Source of the DNA: Candidatus Poribacteria bacterium
GTDB lineage: Bacteria; Poribacteria; WGA-4E; WGA-3G
Assembly: GCA_965205015.1 (NCBI GenBank)
Contig: OZ242029.1
Span: 1-64,000, forward strand
Length of the DNA: 64,000 nt
Direction: 5' to 3'
The notes under the pieces: generated by a model
Told to the model about the DNA's origin: nothing
What the model saw: only the letters and a program-made list of their open reading frames with translations
Databases searched by the model: none
Part shown: positions 1 through 10,312 of the stretch, one piece after another
Numbering within the stretch: position 1 is the stretch's first letter
Layout: every line of letters starts with the position of its first letter
Made by a program: the position numbers and the translations under genes

Positions 1-392
1 ATTATCTCAATCCGAGTTTGAGTTTCGGTGCGAATTATTCGTTTGTCAGTAAAGACCTTTTTGAGGATGTTGATGGACTCGGAGATATTGCACTCAACGC
101 GCCAAAAAATAAATTCGGGGTGAGTGTTCAATACCTTAACACCGATCTCGGATTAGGAGTGGGACTCCGAACGCGTTTTGTGGCTGGTTTCCCCGTGAGA
201 TCCGGGGTTTACGTGGGTGAGATTGAATCGTATTATACGATCGATTTAAACGCCGGTTACGAATTGCCAATCGGTCCCAGGCCCCGCCTTTCGTTGACGG
301 TCCAAAATCTACTGAACCGTAGGCACCAACAGTTTATCGGATCCCCAGAAATCGGGCGTTTGTCGATGGTGCGCTTGACGCAAACCTTCTAA
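1..392 (+). CDS. TonB-dependent receptor, C-terminal fragment (runs off window start)
   Basis: Beta-strand pattern, YTIDLNAGY, LTVQNLLN...Y-type motif, terminal Phe. Confidence 0.85.
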   Translation, partial: YLNPSLSFGANYSFVSKDLFEDVDGLGDIALNAPKNKFGVSVQYLNTDLGLGVGLRTRFVAGFPVRSGVYVGEIESYYTIDLNAGYELPIGPRPRLSLTVQNLLNRRHQQFIGSPEIGRLSMVRLTQTF

Positions 393-412
393 GCTTGAGA
401 TGTCGTAGCGTC

Positions 413-1231
413 CTATCTTCGCCTCGCTTTAACGGTGTACGTGGGCCACGAGAAATAGAAGTCATCACCTTCTGGCTGGACAGTGTAGTGCTCTCGTGCC
501 TCATCAGGCGAGAGTTGCGCAAACGCATCCCGAATCTCCTGCACGACCTCCGGGGGGTTTTGCTCCGGACGTACCCACCAAAGAAACGAAATCTGTGCGT
601 TTCGGAAATGTGCCGTCTTTTCAAGGGAAAATCCAGCATCTATAATCATCGCATCCCATTGCGAGGGCGGATAGCCGTATACGTGGGAGTTATCCCGGAG
701 TGCCTCCACGCGGTTCTGCCACGCTCTCAGTTTCTCTGATTCCGGTGAAACAGAATCCGTCATGCAGAAGAGTCCGTCTGTCCGTAACACCCGATGAACT
801 TCGCTTAAAAATGCCCGGACATCCTGAAAGTGATGTGGAGCCAATCGACAGGTTACTAAATCCAATGAGGCATCCGCGAACGGCAACGCCTCGGCAGCAG
901 CGATGGAAAATGCAATATTTTTTATCGCTTGCTCTTGTGCGAGTTCAACCGCCTTCTCGACCATTTCCGGGGTTAGGTCGGTCGCGACAACATGTGCCAC
1001 CTTGGGTGCGAGAGCAAACGCTGTGAAACCTGTTCCAGTAGCGATATCTAACGTCTGTTCCGTTCCTTTAGGGTCTGCAAAGTCGAGGAGTGCGTTTAGT
1101 GTATCCCCTTTGGCATGAACGCTACTTTGCGCATAGTAGTCGGCATGTTGGCTAAACTGGTCGCGAACTGTGCTATGGATAGTTTTTTTATTCTGCAAAT
1201 CCCTGAATCCTGTAAATTCTGGTTCTGACAA
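413..1231 (-). CDS. Class I SAM-dependent methyltransferase (UbiE-like)
   Basis: LDIATGTG motif I, AEALPFADASLDLV. Confidence 0.9.
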   Translation of the reverse strand: MSEPEFTGFRDLQNKKTIHSTVRDQFSQHADYYAQSSVHAKGDTLNALLDFADPKGTEQTLDIATGTGFTAFALAPKVAHVVATDLTPEMVEKAVELAQEQAIKNIAFSIAAAEALPFADASLDLVTCRLAPHHFQDVRAFLSEVHRVLRTDGLFCMTDSVSPESEKLRAWQNRVEALRDNSHVYGYPPSQWDAMIIDAGFSLEKTAHFRNAQISFLWWVRPEQNPPEVVQEIRDAFAQLSPDEAREHYTVQPEGDDFYFSWPTYTVKARRR

Positions 1232-2335
1232 TTAATTGAAAATGATAACCCCGCGCGCGTTCTCCCCCGCTTCCATATCCGCAAAAGCCTCATTAATTTG
1301 CTCAAGGCGATAGTGGCGTGTAATGAGTTCATCAAGTTTCAACTTGCCTTCTGCATACAGATTCAGAAGCTTCGGCATATCCACCCGCGGTTGACAGGAT
1401 CCATAAAATGAACCGATTAATCGTTTCTCACTTGAGACGAAACGTTGTGCCGGAATGCTGAATTCGGACTCATGATGTGCCATGCCTACAATGACGGCAC
1501 TCCCGGCAGGTCGGACCATATCATAAGCCTGCAGAATCGTCTTTGGATTCCCGATGACCTCAAATGCGTAATCGACACCTAAGCCATCTGTCAACTCGCG
1601 AACGGCTTCAACTGGATCATTTTCAGCGGCGTTAACGACATCCGTCGCCCCGAATTTTTTCGCAAAGTTGAGTTTCTTCTCCGCAATATCAACAGCGATA
1701 ATCCGTTCCGCTTGGGCAAGCACCGCCCCCTGAATAGCGTTCAAACCGACACCACCAGTCCCGATAACGGCTACGGTGCTGCCAGGCTCAACCTTTGCCG
1801 TGTTAAGCACTGCACCGACCCCTGTCGTCACACCACATCCTACGAGTGCAGCTTTCTCTAACGAATACCGTGGATCAATTTTGACGAGATTCTGTTGTGG
1901 GACAACCATGTATTCTGACATCGTTGCGATCCGCGCCATCTGGAGAATTCCATCACCGGAGCTGTTATGGAGGCGATAAGTACCATCCAATAAGAATCCG
2001 CGAGGCACATCATAACTTTCGCACAGGCAAACCCGTTCCATCTGACACATCCGACAACTGCCACAATAACTTACAAAAGACAAAATCACCCGATCCCCGG
2101 ACTGGAAACCGGTTACATCCTTGCCAACGTGCTCAATCACGCCAGCCCCCTCGTGTCCGAGGGCGACAGCTGCGTCGTAGTAGATGGTCCCGGTTACGAC
2201 AGATAGATCGGAATGACAAACACCACTCGCAGCAGTCCGAACGAGGACTTCGTTGTCCTTCGGATCATCTAACTCAAGCTCCTCAACAACGACGGGGTGG
2301 TTATGTTCATACATAACAGCGGCACGCGTTTTCAT
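1232..2335 (-). CDS. Zn-dependent alcohol dehydrogenase (MDR family)
   Basis: GVCHSD, GHEGAG, CGSCRMC structural Zn site, GTGGVG. Confidence 0.95.
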   Translation of the reverse strand: MKTRAAVMYEHNHPVVVEELELDDPKDNEVLVRTAASGVCHSDLSVVTGTIYYDAAVALGHEGAGVIEHVGKDVTGFQSGDRVILSFVSYCGSCRMCQMERVCLCESYDVPRGFLLDGTYRLHNSSGDGILQMARIATMSEYMVVPQQNLVKIDPRYSLEKAALVGCGVTTGVGAVLNTAKVEPGSTVAVIGTGGVGLNAIQGAVLAQAERIIAVDIAEKKLNFAKKFGATDVVNAAENDPVEAVRELTDGLGVDYAFEVIGNPKTILQAYDMVRPAGSAVIVGMAHHESEFSIPAQRFVSSEKRLIGSFYGSCQPRVDMPKLLNLYAEGKLKLDELITRHYRLEQINEAFADMEAGENARGVIIFN

Positions 2336-2381
2336 ATATTCTGGACTCCCTTGCCAGCTTCATCATAGGAGCGGGTCTTCA

Positions 2382-2654
2382 TCAACGATATGCTTGACTA
2401 CGATGTTTGATTCGATAAATTTCAACAAGGTGATGCTGATCATCTATTTGATAGAGGATTCGGTAATCCCTAATTCGGATTCGCCAATGAGAACCTGTCT
2501 GCCCTGAAAGTTTGACGACTCCAGATGGACGTGGGTTATTTGCTAATTGTATTAACAGCGTATCAATGCGTCTCCTAATGGCCTGTGGCAATCTTCTCAA
2601 TGCTTGTTCAGCCCGACGTTTTAAAGAGACAGTATAGCGCGTTGGGGCAGTCAA
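2382..2654 (-). CDS. Type II toxin, RelE/ParE family
   Basis: NPRPSGVVKLSG, WRIRIRDYRILYQIDD, IKHRSQAYR. Confidence 0.9.
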   Translation of the reverse strand: MTAPTRYTVSLKRRAEQALRRLPQAIRRRIDTLLIQLANNPRPSGVVKLSGQTGSHWRIRIRDYRILYQIDDQHHLVEIYRIKHRSQAYR

Positions 2655-2857
2655 AGTTTCCCTTCTTTTTTTAACTCGGCTCGAATTTCCCGATAGTCGC
2701 GAGAATCTGTCTCAGTTTCAACCGCCGCATCCATCTCTAAAATGTCTTCTAAATCCTCCAGATGCTCTATGAGAAGGCGATACTCTTTCATTGATAAAAC
2801 GACAGCAGTTTTTCTGCCTTTGGTGTTGACAAGATATTTTGGGTTGATATTGAGCAT
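2651..2857 (-). CDS. Cognate antitoxin (small acidic protein)
   Basis: 68 aa from ATG 2857 with GGAGAGGG RBS; 4-nt overlap with the toxin; KTAVVLSMKEY...EDLEDILE. Confidence 0.8.
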   Translation of the reverse strand: MLNINPKYLVNTKGRKTAVVLSMKEYRLLIEHLEDLEDILEMDAAVETETDSRDYREIRAELKKEGKL

Positions 2858-2904
2858 AAAGATTTCCCTCTCCTCCATCATCAATAGACGCATCCACGCT
2901 GCAC

Positions 2905-3705
2905 CTACAACAAGGATGCCAGATAACTTCTCGCCTTACGCATGGAATCAACCGGATCCGATTCGCCTTCATAGACCACCGAGAGGCATCCATTATAGTT
3001 AACCCCGCGCAGAATATTTAAAACGCGAGGATAATCCAACCATTCCTCCACGCCGCTATCAATCTGATAAAACTTCGTACGGACATAAATGGCATGAGGT
3101 GCGGTCTGTTCAATACTTGCATAACAGTCATAGCCGGGATGCGGAGAACCTCGATGTCCACTCGCGCCGGGGGATCCTGCATACTGTCCAGTGTCTAAGA
3201 TATGTGTGAAATAGGGATGATCCGTTTCATTCAGCGCCCGTAAAACAGCGGCACCATCGCGTGTAACGTTGTTGTGGTTGTGATTCTGTAAACCGACGAG
3301 GATTCCTGATTCATAACCGTATTCAGCAACCTCCGTGAAGGCTTCAATCATCGGTGGCCACAAAGTCTCTTCATCATCGCAATCTTCAGGAACATAAGCG
3401 GCAAAGACTCGGACCAGCGGGCAACTCATAAAAGCGGCAACGTCAATCCATTGCTTGATGAGCGCAATTTGTTCCGAATGTTCAGCAACAGGACGCCCAA
3501 AGTTATTGCTAACCCCAATATAACCTAACGGTAATCCTTTCCGCGCAAGATCTTTCTTCAGGTCCCGTAGATAGTTTGCATCAGTGGATTCAAACGCGCT
3601 TGAATGTAACTCAATAACATCAAAACCGAGATCATACACGATCTGTGCGAAAGCAGAAGCAGTCGTATTTCTCACATTCAGAGACATCGTCCCTAATTTT
3701 ATCAT
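2905..3705 (-). CDS. Sugar phosphate isomerase/epimerase family TIM-barrel protein
   Basis: GFDVIEL, LQNHNH, LDTGQY, SVVYEG; AAGGAG RBS before ATG 3705. Confidence 0.85.
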   Translation of the reverse strand: MIKLGTMSLNVRNTTASAFAQIVYDLGFDVIELHSSAFESTDANYLRDLKKDLARKGLPLGYIGVSNNFGRPVAEHSEQIALIKQWIDVAAFMSCPLVRVFAAYVPEDCDDEETLWPPMIEAFTEVAEYGYESGILVGLQNHNHNNVTRDGAAVLRALNETDHPYFTHILDTGQYAGSPGASGHRGSPHPGYDCYASIEQTAPHAIYVRTKFYQIDSGVEEWLDYPRVLNILRGVNYNGCLSVVYEGESDPVDSMRKARSYLASLL

Positions 3706-3742
3706 AAGAATACTCTCCTTTTTTCTCTTAATGGGCATACTA

Positions 3743-4648
3743 TCAAGGGGGGTCGTCTAACTCGTCCTCTGTCCTATCGGCATATTCTTGAAGGGATATC
3801 CGGGCTTGCTGATGTAATGCTGAGAGGAATTTCCGGAAGGTTTGCTGAAGATTATGAAGTTGATACCGGTCCTCCTCAAGGTCCTGAATTCGTGAATCGA
3901 AAATATCAAACCGATTGAGTCTGTCGAAAATATCTTCAATCAGGTTCTGGATTTCACTGAATCGCCGCCGTTCGTCTTCAATCTGCTTTTGCGCTCTTTC
4001 AAGTTGCCGAATTTTATCTGACATATCCGTGAGTTCTACGCGCGCCTGCGTCAACTCTTTTTGGAGATTTTGCGTAAAACTTATTAATTTCTCTAAGGTA
4101 TTGGTTGTTTTATAAACCGGCTGTCCCGTATTACTCACATCTGTTTGCTCCTGAATCGGTGGGTCCGTTTCTGGTAGCAATGGTGCCTCCATTTCCTCCG
4201 GTTGGTCCACCAACTCAGGGGCATCTGTACCGTCAAAAATGCCTATTAACTTAATGTGATATGAAAATAGGGTATAAGCTTCTCTCCGTTCGCTGTATGT
4301 AACCTGCACCCGTATCTCTTCATCTACCTTCAAGGCACCAAGACGAGCATGTATATTCCGAATCACTACCTCATTGTACCCGAATGAGTTATTTTTTCTT
4401 GGATTCAACCGCCGGAGGTATCGGTAAAGTTCTAACCCATCGGCGCTCTCGCGTTCCAATCCTTCGGTCGTTAAAACGCCGACGACTTCAGAATCGTCAG
4501 AATCTGATGACCCATACTCGTCAGGTATGACGATATCCAGCGGCACCTCTCCGTGAACAGCCTTCATCCCGAGAACCCATTCCGTTGCCGATGTTCTACT
4601 GCTATATACAATGAAGTCGTAGGTAATTGCCATAGTTATCTCTCTCAT
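3743..4648 (-). CDS. Hypothetical protein with C-terminal coiled coil
   Basis: Long ORF in an operon-like run; heptad-rich C-terminal half; no family recognised. Confidence 0.7.
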   Translation of the reverse strand: MREITMAITYDFIVYSSRTSATEWVLGMKAVHGEVPLDIVIPDEYGSSDSDDSEVVGVLTTEGLERESADGLELYRYLRRLNPRKNNSFGYNEVVIRNIHARLGALKVDEEIRVQVTYSERREAYTLFSYHIKLIGIFDGTDAPELVDQPEEMEAPLLPETDPPIQEQTDVSNTGQPVYKTTNTLEKLISFTQNLQKELTQARVELTDMSDKIRQLERAQKQIEDERRRFSEIQNLIEDIFDRLNRFDIFDSRIQDLEEDRYQLHNLQQTFRKFLSALHQQARISLQEYADRTEDELDDPP

Positions 4649-4737
4649 GAAAGCATTTATTTTTATAAACGCGATCTCTGAATCCTGATCCCTTTCCTGC
4701 GGGTTACCCCTTAAATTAGGACCCTAACTTTCGCGAA

Positions 4738-5607
4738 CTACGTCTGTAATCTTGACATGACCTGTGGAAGTTTCGGTATACAAGAGGTACCAATCCCTTC
4801 TACAGCGAAAGATGCAACACAATGTGCGAAGTTCAGTGCTTCCTTGACAGAACGACTTTGATAATAACGAATCAAAAAAGCCGTCGCGAAAACATCACCA
4901 GCCCCCGTCGGATCCACCTCTGTTACGGAGTAGGCAGCGGATTCAAGCTGCGTCCCATTTTGAAAAAGGGTTGCACCCTGCGCCCCTTGCGTCAAAACAA
5001 CGATTGAGGTTAACCCGATATATTTTTCAAGTTCATCTGGATAACTGCGGAGATCCTCATCACTGAGGATTAATATATCAATATGCGGTAAGATGTCCCT
5101 CGCTGTACCCCATCGCTTTGCCTCAACTTTACCAGTGGCATCCCACTCTCGGAGCCAACCTTGCGGCGTTGCCCCTATTAACGTTTCGTCGCTGAAACAG
5201 TGAACGACTTCCGCGGAAACCTCATCTGCAATCGGACACAAATAGGCTATATCACTCGTACGCCATTCAGCAGGGATGTCGTTCCCCTTTAGTTGTTGTG
5301 CGACCCCAAGGATAAATTGCTGCCGGCGTCCCTTCACGTCATATTGGTTATCAAATATTGTTGTGTCCGGAGACTCATGATAGACTGTTGTTATGCCGTC
5401 CAAAAGTGAATTCTTCCGGTCAAAGTCCGAACCAACAGCTGTAACCGCTCGCGCATGGTGCCCGAGGTTTCGCGCAGTGAGTGTTGAATACGAAGCAGAT
5501 CCACCAAGGATATAACCCTTTGGCGAGACATCATAACAGAAGTGACCGACCGATAGAAAAGTCGTAGGCATCGGAGAGGATATATTCATTTTGGCGTTAT
5601 AATTCAA
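4738..5607 (-). CDS. PfkB family carbohydrate kinase
   Basis: GGSASY N-terminal motif and DPTGAGDVF signature; true start may be a few codons downstream. Confidence 0.9.
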   Translation of the reverse strand: MNYNAKMNISSPMPTTFLSVGHFCYDVSPKGYILGGSASYSTLTARNLGHHARAVTAVGSDFDRKNSLLDGITTVYHESPDTTIFDNQYDVKGRRQQFILGVAQQLKGNDIPAEWRTSDIAYLCPIADEVSAEVVHCFSDETLIGATPQGWLREWDATGKVEAKRWGTARDILPHIDILILSDEDLRSYPDELEKYIGLTSIVVLTQGAQGATLFQNGTQLESAAYSVTEVDPTGAGDVFATAFLIRYYQSRSVKEALNFAHCVASFAVEGIGTSCIPKLPQVMSRLQT

Positions 5608-5929
5608 AGACAGGCTCCATATGTGCCCACCATTCGTCCGGCTGTGCCTCCGTTACGGGTTCTTGAAAGGTTCTCATCAACGTATCCCACTCTTTGCACT
5701 TCGGGTTCTCTTCGAGATAGCGCGGAAAATCGCGTTCTATATCAAAGGTAGCAATCGTTTCCATCGCCATAAACAGACGGCACCCGAGCAGATAGATATT
5801 CATCTTCGTGATGCCAACTGCTTTCAGCGCATCAATCACTTCGGGCCAGGCATCTCGGTGATATGCTTTATATTTTTCAATAACGGAGGGATCGTTTTTG
5901 AGATTCAGTGTTAAGCCGTAGTGTTTCAT
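5597..5929 (-). CDS. L-rhamnose mutarotase family protein
   Basis: YKAYHRDAWPEV...GITKMNIY...WWAHMEPVF. Confidence 0.85.
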   Translation of the reverse strand: MKHYGLTLNLKNDPSVIEKYKAYHRDAWPEVIDALKAVGITKMNIYLLGCRLFMAMETIATFDIERDFPRYLEENPKCKEWDTLMRTFQEPVTEAQPDEWWAHMEPVFEL

Positions 5930-6026
5930 TTTCGTTTTTCCACTGTCTTTCGGATTATTTCAGCAGAGTCAAACGCGAGCCTCGGTTGCTGAATAAACCG
6001 AAACTCTCTTTCTATCCAATATTTAT

Positions 6027-6098
6027 ATGATACCAAATTTCAATATTTTCGTCAACTTTTTTCTTCACTTGAAGTAAGAGTATACATAGTGCTATAAT
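6027..6098. promoter_or_regulatory. Divergent sigma70-like promoters
   Basis: Minus strand: TTGACG-17-TATCAT (6055..6027). Plus strand: TTGAAG-18-TATAAT with TGn extension (6069..6098). Confidence 0.6.
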
Positions 6099-6155
6099 AA
6101 TTTTTGGACGTACAGACAGTACCTAAAGACTCCATCAAGGCAGGTAAAACCAAAA

Positions 6156-7235
6156 ATGAAGGGACCCCTTAGGAAAAACATCCCAAATGCCCTTCTCATT
6201 TCCATCGGGCTTCATATTCTCCTGATGATGCTACTTGGGACTTTATACCGACAAAGACTCGAGTGGCAGCCCAAACCGGTCACGGAATTTGACATCGTCA
6301 AGATTCGATTGCGGAGTTCCGCGCGTCCATTGAAAAAACTTCGCCACCTGCCACTACAACCCTCTACAATTCCTGAAAACATGCAACAGATGGAAACAGT
6401 CGAAGTACAACCTCCCGCGCTCCAAACCTCAGCGGCACCTGTATCGCATCAAGACACCACTGTCGAACTACAAACCCCCGAACTTGCCGCGACTCTGCCC
6501 GGGGAACGCACCTATGGAAAGGGGGTACAGGGTAAACCTGTATCAGGATTAGGCAGCAGTGGTGGAGGAAGTGGAGTGGGGTCCCGTATATCAAGTCATG
6601 GAAAAGCCGGCAGCACGACGCGTGGGTTTTTAGGCGGAACGAATGAGCAACCCGCTTCTGATATTGGAGGACTCACGCTGCCCGATTTGGCACTCACCAA
6701 AATCGGGAAACATATCGTCGCAAACCGAGGGACGGATCTCGTTGACATCGTCTTTGTTATTGACGGCAGTGGGAGTATGAAAAACGATGTCGCCGCAGTG
6801 CGCGAGCACCTCAGTGCTATGACAGACCTTTTCGACAACGCCAACATCGACTTCACTCTCGGCATCGTTACCTTCCGAACTGGAACAGGGTACGGTTTAC
6901 TCGGTTTGGACTTTGAAGTGATCCCTCAAACGCGTTCCGTCTCCCAGATTAAAAAGGTGTTAGCGCAGTTGAAATTCCGCGGAGACGAAAACGGTTTAGA
7001 CGCACTCATCCGAGCCGCCGATGAGATTACATTCCGACAAGACGCTGAGGTCCATTTCATATTTGTCACAGATGAATATGTAAGCGGCGCGTACTCTTCA
7101 ATAGACGTGATGGTAAAGATGAAAACTGCTAAAATCAAGGTAGATGTTATCGGACGCGATGAACCGTTTCAGAAGTTTATTGCAAAGAGTACAGGCGGCT
7201 TATGGCTCCCGATTTCAAGTCTCACGATCCAGTAA
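6156..7235 (+). CDS. Membrane-anchored VWA-domain protein
   Basis: N-terminal TM (SIGLHILL), Pro/Gly linker, MIDAS motif DGSGS in DIVFVIDGSGSM, FVTDE. Confidence 0.85.
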   Translation: MKGPLRKNIPNALLISIGLHILLMMLLGTLYRQRLEWQPKPVTEFDIVKIRLRSSARPLKKLRHLPLQPSTIPENMQQMETVEVQPPALQTSAAPVSHQDTTVELQTPELAATLPGERTYGKGVQGKPVSGLGSSGGGSGVGSRISSHGKAGSTTRGFLGGTNEQPASDIGGLTLPDLALTKIGKHIVANRGTDLVDIVFVIDGSGSMKNDVAAVREHLSAMTDLFDNANIDFTLGIVTFRTGTGYGLLGLDFEVIPQTRSVSQIKKVLAQLKFRGDENGLDALIRAADEITFRQDAEVHFIFVTDEYVSGAYSSIDVMVKMKTAKIKVDVIGRDEPFQKFIAKSTGGLWLPISSLTIQ

Positions 7236-7263
7236 AACTACAATCAAATAGCGGTGACAACCG

Positions 7264-8802
7264 ATGCACATCAAGGATAAACACTACGCTTTGGGATTGG
7301 CGCTTCTTTTTCTTGGCGTCAGTGCTTTTACCGCCAGCCACCATGAAATGTGGCGCGACGAGATTCAGGCATGGCTGATCGCACGAGACAGCGGCTCCGT
7401 CCTCGAACTGTTCGCCCATCTCAAATATGAGGGACATCCGGGATTGTGGCACCTGTGTCTCATGCCACTTACACGTATCACGCACGCTCCTGTCATTATG
7501 CAGGTGTTCCACCTCCTGATTGCGGGGGTTACCGTTTACCTCTTTGTTCGCTACGCGCCTTTCAACCGCCTCCAGAAATTCCTTTTCTGTTTCGGCTACT
7601 TCGTCCTCTATGAATACGCGATTCTCGCGAGAAACTATGCCCTCGGACTTCTGCTGATAATCGTCTTCTGCATCCTCTTCAAGGCGCGTTACAAACGCTT
7701 TATTTCGGTGGGATGTGTGCTATTTCTTTTGGCACATACGAGTGTTCACGCCTTAATTCTCACCGTAGCAATAGGCGTCGCGCTCTGCTGCGAATACGTT
7801 TGCCACTGTTGCCGCCTCAACCCCTTTGTCCAAGAAGGCGAAACGACCGCAGACAAACGAGCCGTCTGGATCGGGTTCACCCTTATTGGAATCGGTATTA
7901 TGACCTCGGTTTTGCAGCTCAATCCGCCCTCAGATACAGGTTTCGCTGTGGAATGGAAATTTGCCTACGAATCGGAGGAACTCAGCAAGGTTATCCACCT
8001 GATTTCTCGTGCATTTCTCCCCATCCCTGAATTCTCGCTTAATTTTTGGAACAAGCACCAATTAGAAACGTACCCCATCTTCCAATCTATCCAAATCCCG
8101 TTGTGCTGTCTTCTGATGTTTTGCGGCGTGCTGTTATTCCTCAAGCGTCCGACTGCCCTTCTCATATATCTTGTGGCGATGTTTGGACTCTTATCCTTTT
8201 TTTACATCAAGTATTACGGTAGCATGCGGCACCACGGATTCCTGTTTATCACACTCCTAATGACGGGTTGGATACATAAAGACTGCCCTGAGATAAACCT
8301 TCGATTCGAAATTCTCAATGAATTACCGCAACGGTGGTTTTCCCCGTTTTTCACCTTCATCTTTATCTGTCATTTCATCGGAGGCATAACCGCCACTGTA
8401 TTAGAGCACCGACACGTCTTCTCTTACGGGAAACAGGTGGCTGAATATATCAATGCAAACGACATGCAAGATATGCAGATGGTCGGGGAGATAGATTACG
8501 CCGCCAGCACCATTGTCGGATACCTCGAAAAAGATGAAATTCATTACGTACACGGCAATCGTCCAGGCTCTTTTGTCAGATGGGATAACGTCCGCATGCC
8601 TGATGCCGATATCCCAGACATCGAAGTAATTGAGATAGCAAACACCCTGCGCACTCAGACATCTCAGGATATTCTCATTATCATGAACCGTGCTTTGGAG
8701 CCGGAACTGATTGCACAACATAACCTTAATCCACTCACCGAATTTATAGGTTCAATCGTTGATGACGAAGGCTTCTATCTCTACCGAATGCCAGCCCTTT
8801 GA
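7264..8802 (+). CDS. Polytopic membrane protein, probable GT-C-type glycosyltransferase
   Basis: Many TM segments; WRDE acidic motif in first loop, YEGHPGLW, ARNYAL. Confidence 0.6.
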   Translation: MHIKDKHYALGLALLFLGVSAFTASHHEMWRDEIQAWLIARDSGSVLELFAHLKYEGHPGLWHLCLMPLTRITHAPVIMQVFHLLIAGVTVYLFVRYAPFNRLQKFLFCFGYFVLYEYAILARNYALGLLLIIVFCILFKARYKRFISVGCVLFLLAHTSVHALILTVAIGVALCCEYVCHCCRLNPFVQEGETTADKRAVWIGFTLIGIGIMTSVLQLNPPSDTGFAVEWKFAYESEELSKVIHLISRAFLPIPEFSLNFWNKHQLETYPIFQSIQIPLCCLLMFCGVLLFLKRPTALLIYLVAMFGLLSFFYIKYYGSMRHHGFLFITLLMTGWIHKDCPEINLRFEILNELPQRWFSPFFTFIFICHFIGGITATVLEHRHVFSYGKQVAEYINANDMQDMQMVGEIDYAASTIVGYLEKDEIHYVHGNRPGSFVRWDNVRMPDADIPDIEVIEIANTLRTQTSQDILIIMNRALEPELIAQHNLNPLTEFIGSIVDDEGFYLYRMPAL

Positions 8803-8827
8803 CATCCGCTCGGCGTTACGCTATAAT
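8799..8827 (+). promoter_or_regulatory. Perfect-consensus sigma70 promoter for the Uma2 gene
   Basis: TTGACA-17 nt-TATAAT; the -35 box overlaps the upstream stop codon. Confidence 0.75.
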
Positions 8828-8858
8828 GCAAATTATCAACAAATTACCGGAGGGAATC

Positions 8859-9449
8859 ATGGCAGCCCGCGGCGCACAAACCTATCTCACACCCGAGGAA
8901 TACATTGCCTTAGAACGCAAAGCGATACCCGACGCTGACACTATCAGAAGTGAATACGTGAACGGTGAAATCATCGCAATGTCCGGAGCAAGTCGAGCAC
9001 ACAATCTTATTACAGGTAATATCTCTGGTGAACTCCGCGCCCAGTTAAAAAGCGGGAAGTGTGAAGTCTACGCCAACGAGATGCGGGTAAGTTCCCAGCT
9101 CACTTCGTCTTATTTCTATCCAGATGTCGTTGTCGTTTGTGAGGAACCCCGCTTTGAAGATGATGTCTTCGACACGCTTCTCAATCCGATTCTCCTGGTA
9201 GAAGTCCTCTCACCCTCAACCGAGGCGTTCGATCGGGGTGAAAAATTCGCACACTACCGACAACTCACATCGTTGCAGGAATATGTCCTTGTCGCCCAAG
9301 ACCAGATGCTTGTCGAACACTACCGCCGCCAAGAAAAACAGTGGATTCTCACTGATTTCCGAAAAGGTGAGGAAATTCTGTCGCTTCCCTCCATCCAATG
9401 CGAATTGCCCTTGCAGGAAATCTACAACCGCGTCACGTTTCCTGATTAG
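8859..9449 (+). CDS. Uma2 family (PD-(D/E)xK) endonuclease
   Basis: SEYVNGEIIAMSGASRAHN, YPDVVVVC, VEVLSPST, DRGEKF; GGAGGG RBS. Confidence 0.92.
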   Translation: MAARGAQTYLTPEEYIALERKAIPDADTIRSEYVNGEIIAMSGASRAHNLITGNISGELRAQLKSGKCEVYANEMRVSSQLTSSYFYPDVVVVCEEPRFEDDVFDTLLNPILLVEVLSPSTEAFDRGEKFAHYRQLTSLQEYVLVAQDQMLVEHYRRQEKQWILTDFRKGEEILSLPSIQCELPLQEIYNRVTFPD

Positions 9450-9582
9450 GACTTCCGTATTGTTTTAGATTTCCATTTAGGCTCAGGCACAACCGCCGAC
9501 GTTGCTTAAAGGAAAAGCCTTTACATCTCCTGTTCAACATGGCGAACCGAAAACTAAACCCCTTATACGCAAAACTTTTTGC

Positions 9583-9611
9583 TTGACAGAATTTGCAAGA
9601 AGTGCTACCAT
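9583..9611 (+). promoter_or_regulatory. sigma70-like promoter upstream of def
   Basis: TTGACA-17-TACCAT with TGn extension. Confidence 0.6.
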
Positions 9612-9667
9612 AATTAGATGTTATTTTCGTCGGAGATACACCCGAAAATGGAGAGTTTTCCAAGTAC

Positions 9668-10267
9668 ATGCCGAAACGTAAAAGAAAGCCCAGAAACACC
9701 GATGCCTCGGATGTGAATGGAGAAGATAACATCGTGCTGCGTGAGACAGCACCCCTGCAACTTCGCTACTATGGCGACCCAGTCCTTCGGAAAAGAGCCA
9801 AACCGGTTGCAGAGATCACAGAGGCAGAACTCCAACTCGCTGAACAGATGTTGATGACACTCGAGGCTACAGGCAATGGAATCGGGCTTGCCGCAACGCA
9901 AGTTGGTGTTTTGAAGAGACTTATCATCGTCAACATTGGTGAAGTTGACGACGAGGTATACGAACCGCTGGTGCTGTTTAATCCCGAAATTCTTAGTGCT
10001 GAGGGAGAAATTGTTGCTGAGGAAGGATGCCTCAGTATTCCCGATGTGACGGCTGATGTGAAACGTCCAGAGCGAATTGTCATTGAAGGGATTGATGTCC
10101 AGCGGGAACCTATCCGTATTGAAGCCGATGGTTTACTCGCACGCGTTCTGCTACACGAAATAGATCATCTTAACGGTGTACTTTTCATTGACCGGATCGG
10201 CGGATTAAAGCGTCGTTTGCTGAGTGATGAATTGCTGAAACTGCAACAGGCTCAGCACCCCTCTTAA
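9668..10267 (+). CDS. def: Peptide deformylase
   Basis: GIGLAATQVG, EGCLS, HEIDHLNG. Confidence 0.97.
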   Translation: MPKRKRKPRNTDASDVNGEDNIVLRETAPLQLRYYGDPVLRKRAKPVAEITEAELQLAEQMLMTLEATGNGIGLAATQVGVLKRLIIVNIGEVDDEVYEPLVLFNPEILSAEGEIVAEEGCLSIPDVTADVKRPERIVIEGIDVQREPIRIEADGLLARVLLHEIDHLNGVLFIDRIGGLKRRLLSDELLKLQQAQHPS

Positions 10268-10268
10268 A

Positions 10269-10298
10269 AGTAGTAGGCACGTTTCGTCGTGCCGTTAC
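10269..10298. repeat. GTAG-type REP-like palindrome
   Basis: AGTAGTAGGCAC-loop-GTGCCGTTAC; near-identical inverted copy at 50442..50470. Confidence 0.7.
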
Positions 10299-10312
10299 AT
10301 ATTGAGCAGTTT

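Noticed and set aside
8665-8686. Partial resemblance to the CRISPR spacer (AGGATATTCTCATTATCAT)
   Set aside because: Short with several mismatches; compatible with chance, so no self-targeting claim is made
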